Origin: the human T2T-CHM13v2.0 reference genome, Homo sapiens
Reading direction: 5' to 3' (one strand)
DNA length: 64,000 bases
NCBI RefSeq assembly: GCF_009914755.1
Contig: NC_060947.1
Shown here: positions 55,497 to 64,000 of the stretch, one piece after another
Position numbering within the stretch: position 1 is the first letter of the stretch
Layout of the letters: the number at the start of each line of letters is the position of its first letter
Position numbers and translations under genes: made by a program
Notes under the pieces: generated by a model
The model's input: only the letters and a program-made list of their open reading frames with translations
Databases searched by the model: none
Told to the model about the DNA's origin: nothing

Positions 55497-56884
55497 GACT
55501 ATGTAACCACATGACCTCTGTTTATATCAAAACTTGGTTAAACGCTTCCCTATCATTGAGCACCATGGGGTTTTTGTTGTTTTTGCTGTTTTAAATAACA
55601 TTGTTGTGAATGTTCTTGACCTAAATTGTGGTTGACATCTGTGAATATTTTTCTAAGTAATTAATTATGGATCAAAGGTCATGGACCTTTTTATACCTCT
55701 GGATATATTATCCTTTAGAAAAGCAGAAAAGGCATAGATACCTTGTTCAGCAGCAAGGGTGTTTATAAGAACCAGGGGTTCTGAACTGGCACCATAATGT
55801 TTTCCTACACAGAGATTTATGTTTTCAACCAAGAAACAACTAAAAATTATTGGCTGGTGTCTTTCTCTTTCTAGAATTGTTTCAACCCTTTATCATAGCA
55901 TTGGGAGCTAGAAAATAATCCATATCTATTTTTCTCACTCATCTAGAGTGCAGCAAATTTTTCATCTTCATATCCAGTAGGGATTTTAACCAGGAAAATA
56001 ACCCCTTGGTTTGCTTGACCTTCAGAAAGTAATCAAACCATGCTGGCATCACGAAATAGGATGGTAAAGGCAGAGAGATCCCTGCTAAGTCGACAGAGAA
56101 TCGGATTGATGGGACTAACTGCTTTGCAAAGCAGGAGGCAAAGCAGAAGACACCCCATCGTGGTCTTGGCAGCCCGGGTTATAAAGAATTCAAATTTCAG
56201 TGCAAGGCAGCTGTTGAAATGGAATATCAGAAACAAAGGCCACCCTGGACATAACTGTGGCCTGGTGAATTTGCTGAGTGAAAATGGCTTATTGGCCCTG
56301 TGGGTTTCTTCTGTCAGTTCCCCATCTTTCTATTGTGGGAATTTATCATGTTGGTCCTGCTTTGTAAGATTTCTTTACATTTTAAGACTATAAACACTTG
56401 TCTACAAGTGCAGTGTATGTAGGGTTTCTATGTATTTTCCATGGGTTTTTGATATGTATGGCTTGCATGTCAGAAACAGTGGGTTAAACAAGGCTAGTTG
56501 GACCCTTAAATGCAGGACTTCTCAAAGCCTTTAGTACGATACGATGAATGTGAATCAGCACGTGATGAATTTAAATGTAACATTCATCAAAATTATTGAC
56601 TATGGGCAAGTTTATTTATTAGGCATATTTCAGAATATGCCTGAATCTGTTTTGTGGCTAAAATTTGGGCATCTGTGGTAGGAGGTAAGAAATCCACAAG
56701 GAACATACTGAAAAAATACTGACTACTACTGATAAACAACTAGCAATTAATTACAAATTTTAATAAATGGCTAAATGTAAAATAAATATAAGAAAGCAAC
56801 AGGATTTCCATATACACAATAAAACTAGTTTTAAAATATTATCTGAAAAGGACCTATCCCAATATCAATTAAAGCTGAAAATAT

Positions 56885-57224
56885 GGGTAGGTGTGGTGGC
56901 TTACGTCTGTAATCCCAGCAATTTGGGAGGCCGAGGCACGAGGATCGCTTGAGCCCAGGAGTTTGACACCAGCCTGGGCAACGTGGTGAAACTGCACCTC
57001 TACCAAAAAAAAAAAAAAAATTTACAAAAATTATCTGGGTGTGGTAGTGTGCACCTGTAGTCCCAGCTACTTGGGAGGCTGAGGCGAGAGGATGGCTTGA
57101 GCCCAGGAGGCAAAGGTTGCAGTGAGCCAACATCACGCCACTACCCTCCAGCCTAGACAACAGAGCCAGACCCTGTCTCAAAAAACAAACAAACAAACAA
57201 ACAAACCAACAACAACAACAAAAA
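56885..57224 (+). mobile_element. Alu SINE (AluJ-type), inside an old L1 ORF2 remnant (about 56690-57560)
   Basis: Dimer with (CAAA)n tail; ctgaaaata on both sides. Confidence 0.94.
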
Positions 57225-57689
57225 GAAAGCCCTGAAAATACCTAGAACTAACCTTAACAAGAAATATGTAAAACCTGTCTAGAAAATCGTAAAGCCTTAA
57301 GTTAAACTGCTTGAAACTGAGCAATATAAAATTAGACTTGCATAAACAGGATAAACAAATCACGTCACAGGATTCAAATTACAAATATTTTAATTATGTC
57401 CATTTTTCATACTATCATGTCGATTTCTACAATGACAATTAGAAACTTTAGTAAATATTTTCAGGAACTTGTCAGATTTTCTTTCTAAAATTCATCTGAA
57501 ATCACTAATAAGCAATGTTATCAATAAACCTTAAAAACATTAGTGAGAAATGACTGAGATGTGATAGCAAAATATTTTATACAGAAAGATCATAGAAAGT
57601 CCACCCAGCCCTAGCCTCCCTCTTTGGGCATGCAATGTGAGCTGTAATTAACAATTAGGGATAAAACAACTAGCTAAATGCCTGAAAAA

Positions 57690-58520
57690 GAAGAGAAAGA
57701 GGTTGGGGCTGAGAAAGTACTCAAGGAAAAGGTAGCCAAAAAATTCCCAAGTTTGCCAAGAGACATAAACAAACAGATTCAAAAAACTGAGTGAAGGCCA
57801 AACGGGGTAAATCTCAAGAAATCCATGCCAAGACACTTCTTAATGAAACTCCTGGAAACCAAACACACACAAAAAATTTGAAAGCAGCCACAGAAAGCAA
57901 CACCTTACCTCTAGGGAAAAATATTATTCAAGTAATAGCAAATTCATTACCAGAATTGATGGAGGACAGATGGAAGTGGCACAATATTTTTCAGATGCTT
58001 AAAAAAAAAACTGTCAACCCAGAACTTTATATCCAGTAAAAATATCCCTTAGGAATGAAAGGGAAATCAGGACGTTCTCCAATGAAGAAAATCTAAGAGA
58101 ATTTGTCAACAGCAGACCTATCCTAGAACAAATGGTTTAAAGAAGTTCTTTATATAGAGGAAAATGATAACAGAATAAATCTTGGAGTGCCAGGAAGGAA
58201 AATCAATATGCAAAACTATGGGTAAATAAATATGCTCTCCTTCTTATCTGGGATACTCTAAACCATATTTGAGGGTTGAACCAAAAATTAGAACATTTGT
58301 TTGATGTGGTTCTATGCATCTGCTGGAAAAATACTTAAGATAATTATAAATGGGGGAAGGTAAAGGGAAGTGATGTTTTTACATTCACTAGAAGTGGTAA
58401 AATGGTGACATCAGTAGACTGTGATAGTTATGAATATATTATATAGCATCTAGAGAAATTACTAAGGAAGGTTACGCAAAGACATAAACTAAAACACTAT
58501 AGATATCCAAAATAGGAATA
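57690..58520 (+). mobile_element. Old L1M ORF1/inter-ORF remnant
   Basis: Translation near 57791-58039 (LKAATE...MEDRWKWHNIFQMLKKK) resembles the L1 ORF1p C-terminus (LKAARE...MEARRQWNDIFKVLKEK). Confidence 0.75.
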
Positions 58521-60029
58521 GTACCATTTTATAAAATTTTAGTACAACATGACAACCAAGATACTGTAATTGATGTAATCATGATATAGGATATTTCTAT
58601 CCACACAAAGATCTCTCATGTTGTCCTTTTAAAGCCATACTCACTTTTCTCCTGCCCTCCCCTCCTTAATTTTCAGCATGCACTAATTTGTTCTGCAATT
58701 CTATAGTATTGCCATTTCAAGAACATCATGTAAATGTGTACTAAAATACACAGGATCCCTCTGTATTCTTTCTTACAACTACATGACTTTAATTATCTCA
58801 AAATAAAATGTTTAATTAAAATAAAAGAATAAAGCTACCAGCAACAATAGCAACCCAAAAAGGACCTTTAATGAGATGGACAAACACACATGTCACATTA
58901 ATTAAAATGGTCCATACCAATTTTTTAAACTGTAAGAAGTGATGGCAAGTTGATAAGAATTTACAAGGTTTTTCTTAACTTTGTATTTTCCATATTTTAA
59001 AAGGTGACATTCGTAACTAGAAAAATTGTACCCTAATGCATTGAATAGGCCCAGCCTTGTAAGGCAGTGGAATTATTTAGTGGAATTATTTAGCGTAGCT
59101 AAGCTAATGATACACAAAGAATCTGGTCAACCATGGCATGCGTTTGGGTCCATTGCTAACAAAAGGAGAGTCAGTTCCCTTACTGTTTGTAAAGCACCTG
59201 CCAGAGGAAGGGCTTATGGGTGTCAGTGCTGCCATTTGTATATTTCTGCTTTATTACAGCACTAGTTCATTAATGAGGCCCTGCAATGTCCTGAATGGAC
59301 ACCTCACAGAAGGGGAGCTGCTTTCTATTTTATCTTCCTCATTAGTCGCTGGCGAATGTGGAATACATGGCCATACAGAAATAAAAACACATTTTAATGG
59401 TCTTACCTTGCTCTTAATGAAGACTTAGGCTTGATGCCAGTTCGCCCTTCATAGCAGGTATCCTTTGCCCACGATGGGATATAGCAGCGCAGTCATTCCA
59501 CACAAATGGACTTTAGGAAGAGCTTCCACAATACAGGTCTGGAGTATGTTAGAACTCAGTGAAGAAAGATTCAAATTTGCTTGAAGTTCTTTTTCATAAT
59601 GGAGTGGGCTCCTTGGAGAATGAGGAATGGGATTCGAGTTTTATTGGTTTAAGCCTTTAAGAAACTTTGCATTGAACCCCTCTCCAGCTTTCCATGCCCA
59701 CCTGCAACTTTCTTTGTCAGCAATTAACCTGCACGTGTGCTTTAAAGTGAAGTAATTTCAAACTCCATCAGTTCCTTGGTTCTCATCTCAGTCTATTCCG
59801 AATCTGGGGTGTCTCTGTGACTGCTACACATACTGGAGTTTTGGGGTTTGCAAAGCCCTTCCAGATCTCTCGTTTCCCATGTACTCAACACCCTTCTGAA
59901 CCCATCTGAAAAACTAGTCTATCAGGGAAGCTTGACCAGGAACAGACTTCAATTGGACAAAGTTCAATTGAAATTGCCACTTTTGCAGGTTAAGAATAAT
60001 CCAATGTTGGAATTTTAGGTAGCTCTACC

Positions 60030-60250
60030 CAGCGGTTCTCAACCAGGGGCGATTTTGTTCTCCCTGGGGACATCTGGCCATTCTAGAGCCATTTGGGGTT
60101 GTTACAGTGAGGGGTTGTGGGGATGGCACTGGCAGTTGATGGGTTGAGGCCAGGGATGCTGCTGAATATCCTACAGTGCACGAGACAGCCCTAGACAACA
60201 AGGATTCATCCATCCTCAAATGTCACTGGTGCCAAGGTGGACAAACCACA
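60030..60250 (+). mobile_element. MER20 (hAT-Charlie)
   Basis: cagcggttctcaaccaggggcgattttg...gaggccagggatgctgctgaatatcctacagtgcac; TSD gctctacc / gttctgcc. Confidence 0.92.
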
Positions 60251-60264
60251 GTTCTGCCAAATGT

Positions 60265-60470
60265 AGCATAGGATTTAAGAACATGCAGTTGAAGTACAGT
60301 GCCTGAACTCAATGGTTTTACCACTTAATTTCTGTGTGTGCTTGGGTATGTTAGCTACAATGGTTATAATGATAATTTCGGACTCAGGATTGTAGGGAAA
60401 ATTAAGTAAGTAAATACATATCATGCCCTTTGAATACTGTGGAGGCTATTGATGTTGGCTGTTATTATCT
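60265..60470 (+). mobile_element. MIR SINE
   Basis: gtagcataggatttaagaacatg...ttaccacttaatttctgtgtg...aggattgtagggaaaattaag. Confidence 0.55.
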
Positions 60471-62101
60471 ATAGAATTCTTTTAGATATTAAAAATTGCA
60501 AGATCCATTCTGTGAAGAGGGAGATTTGAAAAGAAAAAAAAATTAAAGTCTTTTAAAAATTGTAAGATCCAGAATTCACAGAAAACTTACAGGAAATATC
60601 TAGATTGCTGGAGTTATTTTAACATTCTGATTTCTGTCATTGTTTGGGGGCCCCAATAGATTTCATTCCCTTTTTATGAACATATATGCATATTCCAAAA
60701 GTAAACAGTTTTCAGCAAGAAGTTCACAACAGGTAGAACACACTTTTACGAGTTTTATAGAGAAAACACTAGCTCACACAGTAAAACAATAGCTTTCCGT
60801 GGTGGTGTTTACTCAAGCCCCAGAGAAAAGGCCGCCATACCATTGAAACTCACAAAGGCTGCACTCCACCAAAAGTGATACAGCCACAACGAAAGTAGCA
60901 CATTTTGTACATAGAGAAGGCGCTCACTGGCACAGTGCTCGAAATGTCACATAAATTATGCTCACACTTCTAAGAATGGATCTTGAACACAGTGTGTAAA
61001 TATTTGCTGGTCTCCCATTCCATGTGTCTCCCAGCGAGTCTGTGTGACTCCTCCAACCTGATTCCTTGTTGTCTGCCAAAGATAAGCCACTCGAGGGGCT
61101 TTCTGCTCAATTTCAACATGGAAGAAGTGAAAAAGATTTTGCAGCAATTGCTTGGATTAGAAACAAAGAAGACAGCTGGTGAATAAACAGGTCAATTTTT
61201 CTCATTAAGGTGTGGGGAAAACAGTCTCCTGCATCCTGAAAGCCCTCCTCACCTTTGGCGGGGAAGGCAGAACAATCTTATCAGGTAAGGTCATTCCAGA
61301 TGGCAGGTCTGCCATTCCTGCCTTGCTCTTCATTAATCCACAGAGGCAGGTGGGAGGAAACCCATGACTGTTCATCACCCAGACATCAGCAGCATCAAGG
61401 CAGGCTGTCAGCAGCCACGGGAGCCTCCATTTCAAATCCACAATTCAGAACACAAAAACCAGGATTATGCTTTTTCTTTCTTGTTTCCTTCTTGTTTGTG
61501 TTGTCATGGTTCCTCCAGTCACTGGTGTTTCGAGTTCATCTTTTTCGTGCTTTAAAGCTTTGTTGTATCTGAGAAAATTGCAAAGGTACGTTATCATTGC
61601 TGCATCTTCCTATTGCTTAGAGAGCTGCTTTATAGCACAATCACAAGCTCATCAAGTCTGTTGGACTGGATTCTGGGTGAGCCTAGCGCCTGGGCTCTCA
61701 ATCGTACTTAAATAAATAGCAATTTTGATGGCGAGAAAATATTAATATAAAGAAACTGTTTACAGTCATGTGCTGGGGTCTGTTTGCACTGTGGGGTCTG
61801 AACAACCTAAACGGGGGATAAATTGCAAGCAGTCTGTTCTGCAGATGGTCTGCAAAGCCCTACAGTCTGTTTCAGTCATGACAAGCTTCAAGGACAGGTG
61901 ACTAGGGTGACTTAAATGAACCCCTTCCCACAATGGAGTTCCATTTTCATTTTGTTTCTGGCCCCATTCAGAGCCTTTCCCTCTACAAAAAGGAGCTCTC
62001 TCCCATTACAGAAAATGAAAAGCTCAAGCACATTCTGTGTTTCTTTCTACTCTTGACTTCCCATCATACAATCTTCTTGGAGCCGGAGGAGTTATTTAGT
62101 C

Positions 62102-62286
62102 CAGGGGTGGATGCACTGCATTGTGCTGGCCAAATCTGGCCACACACATTCATTTGCATGCCTGTCTGTGGCTGCTTTTCTTCTACAATGGCAGAGTTGA
62201 GTAGATGCAACAGAGATGCTGTGGCCTAAAAAGCTGAACCCATTTATTATCTGGCCCTTTGCAGAAAATATTTTGCTGACCCCTTG
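62102..62286 (+). mobile_element. MER58A (internally deleted)
   Basis: caggggtgg...ggccaaatctggcc...tacaatggcagagttgagtag...tatctggccctttgcagaaaa...tgctgaccccttg. Confidence 0.85.
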
Positions 62287-63637
62287 TTTCAGAGTTAAGA
62301 AACCACAGACCCAATGGGGTAAGATAATTTGTCAAAACCATGCAGGCAGATAGGGATGGAGCCAGAAGCCTTGGTTTTTTTGTTTGTTTTTTGTTTTTGT
62401 TTTTTGTTTTTTTATGGCTTTGTGATGGATCCATGACCTGCTGCCTGGGTATCTACAGAAAGTCAGCACACATCACACAGCTGCACATTCTCTAATGCAA
62501 ACTAACCTGTAAGAAACACACCTGTCCTATGATAGGCCAGCAAGAAAGGAGATACATAGGATTGCCGGCTTTGGGCTGGGGCTGTTTCCTCCCAAACAGC
62601 GTTTCACACCACCAATTCATCCACATGGTGCCCATCTGCATTAAGAATAGAAAGCCAACAAATTATTCAGAACCTGACCGACAGATATGCAATGCTGGGC
62701 TGCCTGGTGAATTTGAAGAGAAGACCCATCTGAAAGCAAATATCTCTCATTACGTTTCAAATGATGAGGAAAAGATGATGACACCCTATCATCTCATGAC
62801 AGAAGTCATCATGAGATGGAAAATTTCCCTGACAGAAGAAGAAGTCAACCTCTCCCCCTTCTAATCCAACTCAGTCATATAGAAAAGTTAAATCATTCCA
62901 AATAAGTTGTAGCTTCACTCTCTGAAACTCTTCCTCTGAGTTCTATGCAAACTCCTCAGTCAGGAATGTAAAATCTGCCCCCATTCAAGTTCATTCCTAT
63001 CTGCCTTATTTCCCACTGCTCTCTGACACACATACCAGGCTCAGAGCCCTGGGGAATTGCACAGTCACAGGAAATGCACAGAGAGATGACCCCATGGAAA
63101 GAAACGTGCCACCTAGAAGTCTTGTTCTGCTCCAGAAACCCATTTAATAGATCTACTTCAACACCTGCACGTCCATGGCCTTCTGACAAGCTTCCTTTCT
63201 TTGCACGCTGGAATTATCTCCTTTTTATGCATTTCATTTTTGAAGACTACCCCAAACACCACTGCCCTTAGGAAGTCTTGTGCAACTACTGGACTGCTTT
63301 TGGTTATATTCCTCTTTAATCCATCACCCAATATAGAACTTTGTGAATATCTCTTTTGGAGCATGTCCGCAACTCAAATTAGTAGTCATTTGCCTCTCAC
63401 CCATTAGACCATTTTAAAGGCAAGAACAGTTTTCCTCATCTTCCTAACCCTCACCTTGCCTTCCACATAATAGATTCTCAGAATTGGGTTGTAAGAGTTA
63501 AGAAAACTCAATAGTTACTTGTTGGCTTATGTTTATTGACATCACAGATGGATCTGATATTGTTCTTCTTTGGCATTAAACTCTCCGGATCATGAAATGT
63601 GTACATAAATGACTTAATACACAGAATTACTCAAGGC

Positions 63638-63847
63638 CAGGGATTGGCAGACTTTTCTGCAAAGACCCAGGTATTTTAGGCCTTTCTGGTCTCTGTTGCA
63701 AACGTTCAACTCTGCCGTTGTAGCATTAAGGGAGCCACAGACAATCTGTAAATGAATGGCTGTAGCTGTGTGTCAATAAAACTTTATTTATAAAACCAGG
63801 TGGTATAGGTTGGATTCAGCCCTCAGGCTGTAGTTTTCTAGTCCCTC
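63638..63847 (-). mobile_element. MER58A
   Basis: cagggattggcagacttttctgcaaag...tcaactctgccgttgtagc...caataaaactttatttataaaac. Confidence 0.85.
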
Positions 63848-64000
63848 CAAACCCTCAACAAAAAGATCCTGCACCATTCTGGTGATGCAGAACCAAGTGA
63901 AATGTGGATGGAAACTACCTTGACATTTGTTTTCTATTCAGGAATTAAAACCACAGATGTTATTTTTTTCCCTCAGTAAAATCTTTTTAAAAAACGTTTG

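Noticed and set aside
56040-56393. 117-aa basic ORF in unique sequence
   Set aside because: No recognisable homology or exon structure; cannot be supported without expression or conservation data.
60507-60530. Weak resemblance of the micro-insert to the U6 snRNA 3' end
   Set aside because: Only about 10 matching bases; not enough to call a U6 pseudogene.

Overview
This window is primate, most likely human, non-coding genomic DNA (intronic or intergenic). It is dominated by interspersed repeats: about 20 Alu/FLAM copies (J, S and one Y type), L1 fragments of many ages (L1PA8, L1PA15/16, L1PB1, L1PB4, L1MA, L1MB, L1MD, L1ME-like), L2 and MIR relics, LTR elements (MER39, MER4A1 plus internal stub, LTR10B, THE1, MLT1) and non-autonomous DNA transposons (MER47A, MER82, MER20, MER58, MER5, MER81), plus microsatellites. 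I found no credible protein-coding exon, RNA gene, CpG island or CRISPR-like array. The ORF-track entries are repeat-derived or chance frames. Repeat family names come from my recollection of consensus sequences, not from a database search. I see no evidence for a new multi-gene biological system. The notable items are structural: nested insertions with readable TSDs, two twin-primed L1PB4 insertions, a trimeric Alu, a deletion junction fusing THE1 to an Alu, a diverged 140-bp local duplication I cannot assign to a repeat family, a tiny TSD-flanked insert, and several repeat-free blocks with motif clusters that may be regulatory.
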